This document shows, piece after piece, positions 35,994-48,939 of a DNA stretch of 64,000 nt; position 1 is the first letter of the stretch, and every line of letters begins with the position of its first letter. Source of the stretch: Camelus dromedarius (lineage: Eukaryota); assembly GCF_036321535.1 (NCBI RefSeq), contig NC_087437.1, positions 114,454,001 to 114,518,000 on the forward strand. The letters run 5' to 3'. The position numbers and the translations under genes were made by a program. The notes below the pieces were generated by a model. It searched no databases and was not told where the DNA came from. It saw only the letters and a list, made by a program, of their open reading frames with translations.

Positions 35994-37241
35994 CTGATGG
36001 GGAAAAAAAAACGTGGAGACAGCATTAAATAAACAAGAGACAAAGGCTTTTCATTCAGTGTCCTCATGATTTGAAAAACTGCTGTTGTTAAACTTAATAG
36101 CCATTTTAATTTCCGTAAGCAATGAGACACAGTCCAGAAGGCACTTAATCCAAGATGTATAAAGTCTATGCAAAGCATCGAATGTGACCAGCTGGTGACT
36201 TACAGCTCCCAGCACTGAGTCACTATTGGCCCATGGCACTTGGTGTTTTTCTTCATCAAGATGCATGATCCTACAACTCTCTGAAGGCTGACAGACAGCT
36301 GTTCTGCCAAAGAGGTGACACAGCCGAGGGGCAGTTCATAACACGGCATCACTTAAAGGTGGGGTAAGGTCCCAGAAACAGCCTCAGGCTGTACTAAACA
36401 GCATCCTAACACACACTTACCCAAGACCTACAGAGAGATTTTTCTGAACCTCAGAGCACCCAAACCTCTTCTCAGCTCATGGCGTTTCTACCAGCTGCCT
36501 CACACCTGACATCGTCAAAGTAAAAACAGGCCAGTGCCTTCTTAACCTAACCAGTACTGTGAGCTTAAATTTCCCATATATCTTTTCATTCTTCATCATT
36601 TTCTTTCTGTTTATAGCACTGGGTTACTTTCTTTTAAGTCCCAAATCCATGCTACTTTGTGTAACTAAATCTCCATGCAATGTGTCCAAACTTCCATGGA
36701 AGTTTTCTTTCAACTTCTCTGATGCCAGAGAGTTATGGTGATGAAGACCTGCTAATAACCCCGAGCAAAATGGGCTGGCAGAGCGGGAAGGCACAGCTGT
36801 GAGGGAAACACCGGAAAGGACAGCCCACGGCACAGGTGTCTTTGTAGTAAAGCTTACTGGTAGACTGTGACGTATTTTTACCATGCGGTATCTGATTCAA
36901 CACAAATGTGGCTGAAAATGGCATCCGAATTGGGAAAACCCTCACTTTTTAACACTTACTCTAGACTTGGAGGAACCGTAGCCACCTTCTTCCTGTCAGT
37001 GACACCCAAGCTCTTAGGACCGTCCCCAGATAGGACCTACTCTGACCAGTTTCTTTCCTGATGGCTGTTCCCAAATTATTAACCCAAAAAGCATAATATA
37101 GGTCAGTAGCTACATTCTCCTATTGCTATAAAACAGTAAACTGTAGTTTACTTCAGTAAGGAATATTTAGGGTGAGCAGTATTAAACCATGATATTACAT
37201 TGAATTCCCAAGAAGAAACCATCTGCTTACTTGGTTTAGGG

Positions 37242-37782
37242 TGAAGACAGCCTAATGGTTCCCTCAGCTTGACTAAAGTTTGGACAACCTTATTCCACAC
37301 TCCAGGTCCTGACTTCCCATTACTTGGAACATTTTTTTCTAGAAAACTTACCATCATAAATTCTTTCTCTGCCACTTTAAGAGATACATAACCTTTTTTA
37401 AAGCCTCTTGCCAGTTTTACAACACGGGGATATCTTTCTCAAGGACCTGGGAGCCACCCCAAGGAAAACAGTGCCCCTATCTCCTAGTCTCTGGGGGAAT
37501 TGGGGGGGGGTGCCTAATTCGATAGCCTTAATCACAGAGAAAAACATCTGCAAACTCAGGAAATAATTCAGTGTGCTGGACATATCCCACTGATCAACCT
37601 CCCCACTAACACCCTTCAGTATTGTTCTACCAGCTCTTCCCAGCCCTTGAAAACCTTCCTGCTCTTTGCTGCAGTAGAGTTGAGTTCAGACTTAGTTCTG
37701 GTCTCTCTCCCCTGTTGCAATAGCCTTGAATAAAGTCCCCGCTACCTGCTTAACTTTGTCCACTGCAATTTTTGCTTTGGCA
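37242..37782 (+). mobile_element. MER67-like ERV1 solo LTR
   Basis: TG..CA termini, GGTTCCCTCAGCTTGACTAAA, CTTTCTCAAGGACCTGGGAGCCA, AATAAA at about 37729; perfect 4-bp TSD AGGG at 37238-37241 and 37783-37786. Confidence 0.85.
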
Positions 37783-38500
37783 AGGGTTTATCATTTCTAT
37801 GACTCTGATCTTCTTGGAAAAAAGGTAAGAGCTCCTTTTCTTTCAGCTTCAAAGAGCTTTCTTATTTCACAACTAACAAAAGATCCATAATTTCTTCAGA
37901 GTAAAATGTCTGTAAGACGCCTTTTGTGAGTTGCTGGCAGGCTGTTAAAGAAGTCCATGTACACTAGTTTACAGGGACCTCCACTGATACTCACCATCAT
38001 CATCATCATCTATTCAACAAATACTTGTTCGGGTTTGACCAGAAACTGTGCCCAGTCCCGGGGATGCCCTGGGAAGCATGCAGACACAATCCCAGCCTGC
38101 AGGAAATGTCAGTGCGGCATCAGTGTTACAAGGGGAGCAGTTTGGAAAGCATTCATGTGCTTTTTTCTTTTGCTTTTCTCTTTTTTTCCTGATCCTTGGA
38201 GACCTCTCTCTGCCTAGGGGAGAAATGAGGATTATATAAGGAAAGCAAAGAGATGGACCAAGGTTAATATTCACCTTCATGCATTAAAAATGATGATCTC
38301 TACAGTAAGAGGTAGCCTTTCCGGCTGGGCTGCTGACCAGAAAAAGGACGCCCAGCTTTCCCTATCTCCCCATTAGTGTATCAAGAGCCAGGCCTGGAGG
38401 ACTAAACCACAGAGTGTTCATGTGGGAGGCCTAGACAGGACTTGCCCCTCTGGCCCTGGGTGAAGTGTGAGGAGAAGGGACCCAGAGGAGGTCAAAACAA

Positions 38501-38857
38501 GTGCCTCCGTCCATTCTGGCTGCTATAACAAAAACACCATGCACTGTGTGGCTTAGACACCACTTACTTCTCATGGTTCTAGAGGCTGGGGAGTCTGAGG
38601 CCAGGGCCCCAGCACAGTCAGTTTCCGGTGAGGGTGCCCCTCCTGGCTGGCACACGTCCTCCAGCAGTGGAGGGAGAGAGGGAGCTCTGGTCTCTTCCTC
38701 TTCTGACAAGGACACCGATCCCATTATGGGGGCTCCACTCTCAGGACCTCGGCTAAACCTAACCACTTCTCAAAAGGCCCCAAACCATCACCCTGGGGTA
38801 GGGTAAGGTTTCAACATATGAATTTGGAGGGGCGCACAAACATGCAGTGCAGACCTA
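38501..38857 (-). mobile_element. MLT1A-like MaLR LTR
   Basis: GTCCATTCTGGCTGCTATAACAAAA..GGTTTCAACATATGAATTTGGAGGGG..CACAAACAT. Confidence 0.85.
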
Positions 38858-41294
38858 CCAGCCAGCAGCTGTACTGTTCCTCAAGTGGGGCTGTCTGGGG
38901 CAGAGAGTTCTGGCCTTACCACGTGTGTCTGGCTACAGAGAAGCCGCCTTACAGGCTGCCCCATATTCCAATCCAGCACCCAGACACATCCTACACAATT
39001 TGGCAGCACAAAAAGCATGGTCATTTCGAAGGACTCCTTGAAGATCATCCATCTCGGGCCACATGGATTGCCAGCCAGGGACCAGTTAGGGACTCGGGCT
39101 CGGGGTGTCCAGGCAGCAAAAACTAACAAGGGGGAGAGAGTAGGTGTGTCCCAGAGGGCTGTCTCGGCCCAGAGCGCAAACTGCAAGGTCACCAGTACAG
39201 ACAGGAGAACCCGCACAGAGGGAAGAACTGGAAACAAGCCACCCCCTCCACCCAAAGTCATTTTAGGCAAGAAAACAAGGGAGGCTGTTGGAGCAAGTTT
39301 CACTTTAGGCTACTACCTGAATGAGCTATTTAAACTCAACTGAGAGCTTTTAAATTCAGTTGGATGAGACTAAGATTTAAATTGGATGAGACTAAAAGCC
39401 AACTTTTACCCAATAACCTGCGGAGTGGGCTCAGGACCAGGTCATGCGCTAAGTGAAGGCATCACGCTTTCTCCGAGCACGAGTTAAGCTGATGCCCCCG
39501 CACGATAACCAGGCCTGGCCGCACACCGAAGTACCTTTCATCCTTGTAACGGCCCTCGGACACCTGTGCTCTGCTTGTCCACATGTACGGATGGGAAGGG
39601 GGAGGCACAGGACGGATATAAACTCCTCATGGTCACGAAACTAGTGAGTGGTGTATCAGAACCCTAACCCAGGTCAAGGCTGGGACCCAGTCCAGAACCC
39701 AGGCCTGTAATCCACCCCCACATGGCCCCTGATCAGAGTACAGTTCAACAAAAAAGCCAGGTCACCAGGAGCCCATGAAAGCAAAAGGAAGATTCCATAT
39801 GAAGCTTTCGTATCAGAGCATCAAGCAAAAGTGCTCTACCAGCAAGCAAAGCTATGTGACTTCAAAGAGTCTTGTGCCTGGTGACACAATCTGCCCTCAA
39901 AGCTAAAACAAAACAAACAAATAAAACACACAGCGGCAACAGCAATAATTAAAGATGAGAACAATTAAGAGAAAATGAAAGCTGGAAGAGGTTTCCTGTG
40001 AGAGCTGTATCTTCAGGGAAGGAAAGAGGGGGAGAAGGATGATTTTTCTTCCCAAGACTGAATCAGCCTCTGAGGCTTGAGTAAAATAATGACCTTGAGC
40101 CATAGCAGGGAATGATAAAAGACAATTTCCAGTAAGGATGCTACTCGAATTAATGATTTACTTTTTATTTTTAAACTCAATTCAGTAGAGATTTACATGC
40201 ATTAGGTTACAATGATTAACATTTGAAATTTGACCTTGAAATAATCCTTTCATTGTAAATTCTTAATGATCAAAACAAGGTTCTCAGTGATTAAAACATA
40301 TTAGTAATTAATTATTAAAGGAGAATAATTGCAACTACACATTCCTAAAATCTCAAGGCTTTTAAACCATTTGTACAAATGACTGGACATTTTTCAAATT
40401 TACCAAAAAAATAAAAATAAAAACCTCCATCTGATTCTCGCTTTCATTGTCAATCCAACAACTACAAAAACGGCACTTCTCTGCCTCCTCTTTTCTGTTG
40501 TCTTGCAAACTAGAAATGCACACAACTACCTTTGACCCCCTCAAAGCCAAAGAAGGAAAAGAAAATCGTTCCAGAGAAATCTGTGATGTTAAGAAATAAT
40601 CTCAAGAATTCTCAAGTAAGGCTAATCAAAGGTCAGTGGTTTTAATGATCATTTGTCTTTTTAAAAATTACTCTGTAAGACAGTTTAGTAACACATGGTC
40701 AGGACATGGTCTTAGTGCTATACCCAACCACCACAACTGACACTCAGACCAGTAACAGGACAGGTGGAGCTACCTCGCGAACTGGATTCACCTGAACAAT
40801 TTTTCCTGAGTGCAAAAGTTTCAGGAAATAATTATATCTCATTACAGAGACAAAAACAGTCAACCAGATACTGGTCCCATGCAGTTTAAGCAATCCTTCC
40901 CAATGCTGCAGCTTTCCTTACCTTGGATGCTTTTATCTGGAATAGATTTCCTCTCGACAGAAGGAACCACAAATACATACAAGCCAGCGTTGACTGAGGC
41001 TTCCGCTGGCCAAGGACCAGGACAAGGGCCTCTCAGATGCACAGGCCTCCCAAGAGCTGATCACACCTGGCTAACGCCCTTGGGGAAGACACAAGAACAT
41101 CCCATACACTCTCCTCAAACCAGCCCCTTGTCTGTGGGGTCCCATCAGAAGTGACAATGTTTAATGGGGAAAAAAAAAAAAAGAAATGACAATTTGCTGG
41201 GGCATTTGATCTATGTAATTTCCTGACCTGTCAAGTGTTCCTTTTTGCAATTTACTCTATGTTGATCATTAATCTATTTTTTTCAATACAAAGG

Positions 41295-41960
41295 AGTGAT
41301 TCTATTGCTGAATAACACATTACCATAAACATAGTGGTTTTAAGTAACACAATTGTATTATTTCAGTTTCTGGAGTCCATGATCCAGCACACTTTAACTG
41401 GGTTCTTTGCTCAGGGTTTCTGTTATGGACTAAATGTTGGTGTCACCCCAAAATTCCTATGTTGAAGCCCTAATCATCAATGTGATGGGATCTTTGGGAG
41501 GTGGGACCTTTGGGAGGATTAGATGAGGTAATGAGGGTGGGCCCCCATGATAGGAACAGTGCCTTACAAGTAAAGGAAGAGACCAGAGCTCTCTCTCTGC
41601 CATGTGAACATATAGCAAGAAGGCAGCCATCTGCGAACCAGAAAGAGGGCCCTTACCAGACACAGAACCTGCCAGAACACTGATCTTGGACTTCCAAAAT
41701 CATGAACAGCAAGAAATAAATGTTTGTTGTCTAAGTCACTCAGTCTACAGTATTTTTGTTCTAGCTGCCTGAGTTGACTGAGACAGTATCACAAGGCTGA
41801 AATCAACTTGTTAGCCAGGTGCGTCCTCATTTGGAAACTCAATGAGGGAAATATCCACTTCCAAGCAGCCTCAGGTTGTTGGGAGAATTCATCACCTTAT
41901 GGCTATAGGACCGAGGTCCTCAAGTTCTTGTTAGCTGTCTACTGGGAACCACTCTCAACT
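41295..41960 (-). mobile_element. MLT1D/E-like MaLR LTR interrupted by MLT1A
   Basis: TCTATTGCTG..TTAACTGGGTTCTTTGCTCAGGGT..[insert]..CACAAGGCTGAAATCAA..GTTGTTGGGAGAATTCA. Confidence 0.75.
41421..41785 (+). mobile_element. MLT1A-like MaLR solo LTR
   Basis: TGTTATGGACTAAATGTT..GACTGAGACA; TSD GTTTC (41416-41420) / GTATC (41786-41790). Confidence 0.9.
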
Positions 41961-44080
41961 ATACAATGACATAAAAAAGAATAAAATAGGTAGGAATAAA
42001 TTTAACAAAAAGTGCAAGACATACATTGGAAACTATAAAACATCACTGAAAGAAATTTCAGAAGATCAAAACAAATGGAAAGACATTTCAAGTTCATGGA
42101 TTAGAAGACTTGATATAGTCGGAACAGCTGTGATGGTCAGTTTGTGCATCAGCTTGGCCAGGCTATAGTCCCCAGTTAGTCAATCAAACACTAATCTAGG
42201 TGTTGCTGTGAAGATATTCTGCAGATGAAATTAATATCTCTAAGCAGCTGACTTTAAGTAAAGGAGATAATCTTAAATAATTTGCGTGGTCCCGACTCAT
42301 TCAATTGAAAGGTCTTAAGAATAGAAGTGAGGTTTCCAAGTAGAAGAAATTTCACCTGTGGACTGCAGTTTCTGCTCATGGCTCAGAGTTCTAACCTGCC
42401 CTTTTACACACCCAGCTCTACAGATTTCAGCCTTGCCTAACCAGCCCCAACAATTGCATGAGTCAATTTGGTTCTGCGTGTGTGTGTGGGTGTGTGTGTA
42501 CATTTATATATACCGTTTATGTTTCAATGATGGAATCCTGACTGATATAATGGTTTACTCCTCAAATGATCTGCAGATTCAACACAACCCCTCTCAGAAT
42601 CCCACCTGGCTTTTCTGCAGGAAATAACAAACTGATCCTAAAAATAATATGGAAATTCAAGGGACCCAGAGTATTCCAAAAAATCTTGAAAAAGAAAAAC
42701 AAATTTGGAGGACTCACACTTTCCAATTTCAAAATTTACTACCAAGCTACAATAATCAAGATAATGTTATATTGGCAAAAGGACAGACACATAGATCAAT
42801 GGAAAAGAATTGAGAATCCAGAATTAGACCCATATACTTATGAGCAATTAACTTCCAACAGAGTACCATGACAATTCAATGGGGAAAGAACAGTCTTTTC
42901 AACAAATGGTGCTGAAATAATTAGGTATTCATACACAAAAGAATGAAGTTGGACTGTTGCCTCACATTGCACTGTATACAAAAATCAGTTCAAAATGGAT
43001 CAAAGACCTAAACATACAAGCTAAAATTATAAAATTCATAGAAGAAAACATAGGTGTAAATCTTCATGATCTTCAATCAGGCAATGGTTTCTTGGATATG
43101 ATACCAAAAGTACAAGCAGTTAAAGAAAAAGATTGTACTTCATCAAAATCATAAATTTTGTGCTTCAAAGGACACTATCAGGAAAGTGAAAAGATAACCC
43201 ATAGAAAAGAAAAGATATTTGCAGATCTGCTAAAGGTCTGTACACAGAATATATAAAGAACTTTTACAATTCAACAATAAAAGGACAAATAATTCTATTT
43301 TAAAATAAGCAAATGACTTGAATAGACATTTCTCCAAAGAAGATACACAACAATCAGTAAGAAACATGAAAACACACTCAACATCATTAGTCATCGAGGA
43401 AATGCAAACCAAAAGCACAATTAGATACTATTTCATATTCACTAAGGGAGCTATAATCAAAAGGATAGACAAAAAAAGTGTTGGAGAGAACATGGAGACA
43501 TTGGAACCCTCACACACTTCTGGTGGGAAAGTAAAATAATACAGTTCCTCAAAATTCCACTCCTGTGTATATACCCAAGAGAACTGAAAACACATGTTTC
43601 CATAAAAACTTGTACAGAAATATACATAGCAGCATTATTCATAATAGCCCCAAAATGAAAATAACCCCAAAATCCATCAACTGATGAGTGAATAAACAAA
43701 ATATGGTATATCCCTATAGTGGAATATTCTTCCACATAAAAATTAATGAGGTACTGATATATGCTAAAACATGGATGAACTTTGAAAACATCATGCTAAA
43801 TTAAAGAGGTCAATCACAAAAAGCCACCTATTATACAACTCCACTCCTATACGTCCAGAATAGGAATCCATAGAGGCAGAGCAGATTAGTGGTCATCAGT
43901 GGCTGAAGGGAGGGGAAGACGGGGTGATTCCTAAAGGACAAGGTGTTTCTTTTGAGAGTGATGAAAATGCTCTGGGATTGGATAGCAGTGATAGTCACAC
44001 AGCTCTGTAAATACACTAAAAACGACTGAATTGGAGACTTTCAAAGGGTGACTTTTGTATGTGAATTATATCTCATTTTT
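41961..44080 (+). mobile_element. L1MB-like element (ORF2 C-terminal half and 3' UTR)
   Basis: ORF-track peptides GGLTLSNFKIYYQATIIK..YWQKDRHIDQWKRIENPE, SKWIKDLNI and NRHFSKED; frameshifted. Confidence 0.9.
42129..42549 (+). mobile_element. MLT2D-like ERVL solo LTR inserted in L1
   Basis: TGTGATGGTCAG..CAATCAAACACTAATCTAGGTGTTGCTGTGAAG..CCTGACTGATATA. Confidence 0.85.
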
Positions 44081-45501
44081 CAAAGCTCAGTGAGAATTTG
44101 GAGTTCCCAAGAGTGATCCCCAAAGGATGTGAAGAGGAAGAGGGGAGAGGAGGAGCAGAGGGGTGACCTGATGAGAAGTATAGGTTTCTGTGGGGGTGGG
44201 GGTGCAGGGGGTGAGAAAATTTGTTTCGCAGGAGAACTAATGGAAAGGAACCAGGACTCAAAGACAGAGGTCAAGGAGAAGGGGCCTCAGGGAAGGAAAA
44301 AGGAGTGGAGAGGTTTAAGAGGAGCTAAGAGACCTGTGGGAAAGAAGAAGAGAAAGAAACTCCATAAAAGGGAGACGAACCTGGAGACAGATTTGGTGCC
44401 CAGGAGACACAGGTTGGACAGGAGGACATGCTGGAGGAAGAGAGTTCTTCTGAGGCAAAAGAATGAGAGAAATAGAATTTTCTTAGAAGCCACCATGAAG
44501 TATATTGTTGGATCCATTTAAGAGTCTTCAAAGAACTCCAGTAAAGATAGAAACTCCCATTGGGGCTGTGCTTCCTTAAACAGCACACATCAGGCCAGAG
44601 GTGTGAAAACAAAACTCCTCAGGGATATACTATATCTAAACTATTATGAGTCCAAACTGATGGAATTCTACTGCAAAAGTCATTCAGAAACAGATTCTTT
44701 ACTCACTGCTCTTCTGAAAGGTGAGGTGACCTCATCAATCTCACTTTCTAGATGTGTCAGATGAGCAAAATTACACAAGAAATGCAGATGAACTGACGGG
44801 CCTGAATAGAAATTCAATCCACTTCTTCTCGATCCTAAATTCATTTTGTTTCAATCCACTACATCTTTAAAACTGTTCAATAAAATGTTGAACATGATTC
44901 CTCAAAGTCTCAAAGCCCTGAACATCCAACATCAATTTAAAAGAGATGTAAGACATTGGCTTTTTTTTTTTTATTTTGGAACAAAATATGGGATTTATGC
45001 TCTTGTCATTAGAGGATGTAAAGAACCTTGATGCTATTTTGTAGTCATGGAATCAATTACGAGAATTCACAATTTCATGTGCAAGGACTTCTCATATTTG
45101 ATAAATGACTTCATTACTGTTTACTACTACTGGCTATTTGTTTTTCAGATACAATTGTTGGAAACACGGGTTAGTCACTATTTATCAATATTTTAGGGAC
45201 TGATTAAAGTGAATCAGTGTTTGGGGAACATGCAAAAACCACTTGTTCCATGAAGACCATGAAGATATCCAATAGATCTTTTGGGAAGAGAACAATAAAC
45301 AAAAATCTGGGGCCAATTATTAATGTCATTTGTTTTCAGCAGGTTTACCAGTTAGCTCTTCACTTTTATCTAAAAGTATCTCAGAAAGAAGAAGATAAAG
45401 TTCAAGGGTACAGGTGCCAACTAATGTGACAACAGAAGATCACCATTCAGATTGTGTCTGTAGTTCACCTTTGGTTTTGGTGTCCATCTTAATTCTTTAA
45501 T

Positions 45502-45716
45502 TGGAGTCAGCAAACTTCTTCTATTTATTCACAGTATTTTCAGCTTTGCAGGTCTGAGGGTCTTTGTTGCAACTATTCAACTCAGCCTTTGTAAGAACAA
45601 AGCAGCCATAGACAATATGTAAATGAGTGTGTATAGCTGTGTTCTCATAAAACATTTACCAAAAAAATGAGCACCAGGCCAGATTTGGTCCGTGGGCCAC
45701 AGTGTGTTAACCCTTG
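45502..45716 (+). mobile_element. MER58A-like hAT MITE
   Basis: GTCAGCAAACTT..GCAGCCATAGACAATATGTAAATGAG..GGCCAGATTTGGTCCGTGGGCCACAGT. Confidence 0.8.
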
Positions 45717-47676
45717 ACCTACACTGTACTAGAATCAAGAGTCATGATTTATGCTTTACAATTGATACAGCTGTTGTAAATGACTGCATTTCATTTTTCT
45801 CCTACTTGGGGCAAATCATTTCTTTTCTCTTCGCATATTGCCAAATTACAGGGCAATGTCATATAACAAATTTGGAGGGGCTGCATTTTAATGGGGAGGG
45901 AACATAGGGATATGGTGACAGACAGGCAAGTCTCTCCAACTCTACACTACACAGCTGAGCTCCCACAAAAACGAGGTAATAAGAGGAGTAGAACAACTCT
46001 TGGGCAGAAGTTGTGAAACGTTTATAAAAACCCTCTGCTTCGCTCCCACAGTCCTTAACTGCCTTCCCTCTTCCCCTTTTGGAGTGGGATTTTGCATGGT
46101 AAGATTTGGGGAGGAGTGTTTTGAAACTGGGTGTGCGTTTGGTTGGGAGCCAAGGTAGGGGCCCCGCGGACGTGAAGCAGGGCGTGGCTTCCTCCGGTGT
46201 AGTAGCCGGTCCCAGGCCCCTCCTGTCTGCAATACCCTTTGGTGTGTGCTCACCCTGCCTCTCCCTGACTGCAGATGCTGGAGATGCTGCTTGTTTCTTT
46301 GAAGTCTTCATAGCCTAATTCTAACACGTTCTCTGTTTCTCCATGGTCCGCTCCAAAAAGCTTACCTCAAGGGCTCAGTCCAGCAGATTGGGACTTGCAT
46401 TGTCCTGGGTACCCCCGTTCCAACCCATGCAGCTCCAGACCCACCCAGAATTCCTGATGCCTGCTTTCAACCTCTGGCATGAAAGGCCCTCCCTGCTTTG
46501 TCCTGCTCACCAATCTCTCTCCAGAAAACGTCACTGTGACCCCCATTTCCACTGCTGTACATCACTGTAATCCTCTGGCTGAAAAAGCCCCCAATTTTTC
46601 GACAGGGAAATGATTTTGCATATTAAGATCAACCTTCACAATACCCCAGGCAGCCATGAGATGTAAACAAATAAATTGTGATTAATAAAAATTTCACAGC
46701 TCTGATATAAAATTATTCCTTCAATCATTTAGAGTGGATTTAATGTTACCCCTGAAATAATGTCATTTTTTTTAATTCAAGAAATAACAATGCACTTTTT
46801 TTATTTAAAATTAAAAAGTTGGGTTAAAATGAAGAAGTGATGTCTAACTACCTTCCCCTCTACTCACAACCCAAAAGCCCATGACACAGCTAACAGTTGT
46901 GCGAACTGCAAGTACTGTTTGATGGGTGTGGTTTTATAGATTCTGTTGTTCTCTTCTGAATTTCACTCGGGGATATATTTTCAATATGAAAGACATCAAG
47001 CAAAGACTGTGTGGGCAGCCCCTGTGTCACCGGTGAACAGAAGGCACCACGCCACTGCTCTTCGCAAGCCAGCATGCTGGAGGCATCTGCGGTCCAGCTG
47101 TATTCATTCTTCTTTACTTTTTTCCAAAACAATTATTTCAAATTTACTTTCAGGCATGTGTTACCAAAAGAAATCAGATGGCTTGAATATGACTGTGTCC
47201 CTCATTAGCAGGGAAAGCCACCTGCAGATCTTACCTTACTCATAACACTCAAAAATCTGTGAATTCCATTTATTGTGATTTTTAAGAAAAGTGGTCATTA
47301 TTTAAATGTATTTATTATAGGATATGCCTGCTGAATTGTCTGTGGAATACAGAAGGGGAACAAAATGAATACAAGTTTTAAAAAAATAATCTGCATTTTA
47401 AAATGCATTTTAAAAATAATTTTCAACAATTACATTAGCAATGTTAATTTCTTGCCTGTAAAATGACTCATTTTTGAGATCTTTACAGGCTGCTCCACTC
47501 AACATGTGGATAAACGTATTTCTAAAAGTCACCCCAAAAAGGCACAGTGTCATTTGCTTTATTTTCCTACAAGATTTTTTTATATTTTCTAAAAATCAGA
47601 GTTCCTTCACAGGATGTGATTATATCAGATTATGCACAGCTACAGAGCTTGGATGTGAATGGCATCCACTGTATGT

Positions 47677-48510
47677 TGCAGTGGGTTGAACAGTGTTGGA
47701 AGGCTTCAGAACATGCTACCCCCAAATAAGCCACTTTGACACAAGGACTCTTTGGAGCTGAAGGCAACTGAGAAACAGCAAATGCAGGAGAAACTCTCTG
47801 CCCTCCTCCTTTTTGCCTAAAATCAGGGCGTAAACTTCCAAGCGTAAAGGTAACCCTCCCCCTGCTCCCACACCAGGACTGACTCTTCATCACCAGAGAC
47901 TCCATCACTGGAAGCTGCCAACTGGCTCCTATCTTCCATTAGTTTCCGTATACATTTACCTTCCCACAGTTTACTCTTCCCCCAGAAGCTCAGACCCCTT
48001 TTCCTTTGTCTAGTCACTTCTCTACAATTTATCACCTTTTAAAAAATAGCATATAAGCTCTGAAACCTAACTATGTCTTGGGATTTTCACATGTAGCTGT
48101 TATATGCATGCAAAATAAATCTTTCTCCTGTTGATCTGTCTTTTGTCAGTTGATTTGCAAGCCTCAATCACTGAACCTAAGAGAGTAGAGGAAAAGTGTT
48201 TTTCTCCCCTACAGTGTCCTCCTCCCAACAACAAAAGAAATGTCCAAGTCCTAAGCTCTGGTACCTATGACATGACCTTATTTGGGAATAGGTGTTTTTA
48301 CAGTTTTACAAAAGCAAAGGATCTCAAAATGAGACCATTCTAGATTAACCAAGTGTACTCTAAATGCAATGACAAGTCCTTGTAAGGGAAAAGAAGCAGA
48401 AACAGATACACAGGACTCCAGCCTCCAGGACTGCAAGAGAATAAAGTTCTATTGCTTTAAGCCACCAAGCCTGTGGTTTTGTGTCACGGCAGCCACAGGA
48501 AACTGATACA
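47677..48510 (+). mobile_element. MLT1C-like MaLR LTR interrupted by an ERV1 LTR
   Basis: TGCAGTGGGTTGAA..GACCTTATTTGGGAATAGG..GCAGCCACAGGAAACTGATACA; TSD TATGT/CATGT. Confidence 0.8.
47697..48213 (+). mobile_element. MER34/MER39-like ERV1 solo LTR
   Basis: TGGAAGGCTTCAGAACATGCTACCCCCAAA..TTCTCCCCTACA; perfect 4-bp TSD GTGT at 47693-47696 and 48214-48217. Confidence 0.8.
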
Positions 48511-48771
48511 CATGTGTTGTGGCAAGAAAGAAAGCGCTGGCACAGCGCTCTAGGTTTTAAGGGAGGTAAAGAACAGGGCCTCCTCACTGTCAGTCCAGCC
48601 CCTGGAAGAAGAGTTTGCATTAAGGCCAAAAGAGTTTGCCTGTGGCCAGAGCACGCCCACTGGGGTTGCTTCGTGGGTACCAAATACCAGATAAATAACT
48701 AGGCCTTGTTCAAAACCAGTGACAATCCTCCAACAGAACCACCGAAGGAAGTACACGTTTGATTAGATCTA

Positions 48772-48936
48772 AGCGGAGTCAGCAAACGTTTTCTGTAAAG
48801 GGCCAGACAGTAAATATTTTCCGCTTTGTGAGCCATACAGCCTCTGTCTCAACAATTCAACTCTGCTGTTGTAAACTCTGCCACAGTCAATCGGAAAACA
48901 AACAGACCCAGCTGTGTCACAATAAAATTTCATTAA
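48772..48936 (+). mobile_element. MER58A-like MITE, 5' part (remainder near 50100-50140)
   Basis: GTCAGCAAACGTTTTCTGTAAAGGGCCAGACAGTAAATATTTT. Confidence 0.8.
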
Positions 48937-48939
48937 CAC

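Noticed and set aside
44129..44521. 130-aa Lys/Arg-rich ORF
   Set aside because: Low-complexity purine-rich DNA, possibly an old LTR remnant that I could not assign; no coding support.
45150..45170. 21-nt plus-strand micro-exon (ttttcag|ATACAATTGTTGGAAACACGG|gttagt)
   Set aside because: Weaker donor and opposite to the inferred host orientation; cannot be distinguished from chance.
47392..47407. 16-bp palindrome TGCATTTTAAAATGCA (and short hairpins at 17713-17737, 18078-18100)
   Set aside because: Short and AT-rich; too small for a pre-miRNA and plausible by chance.
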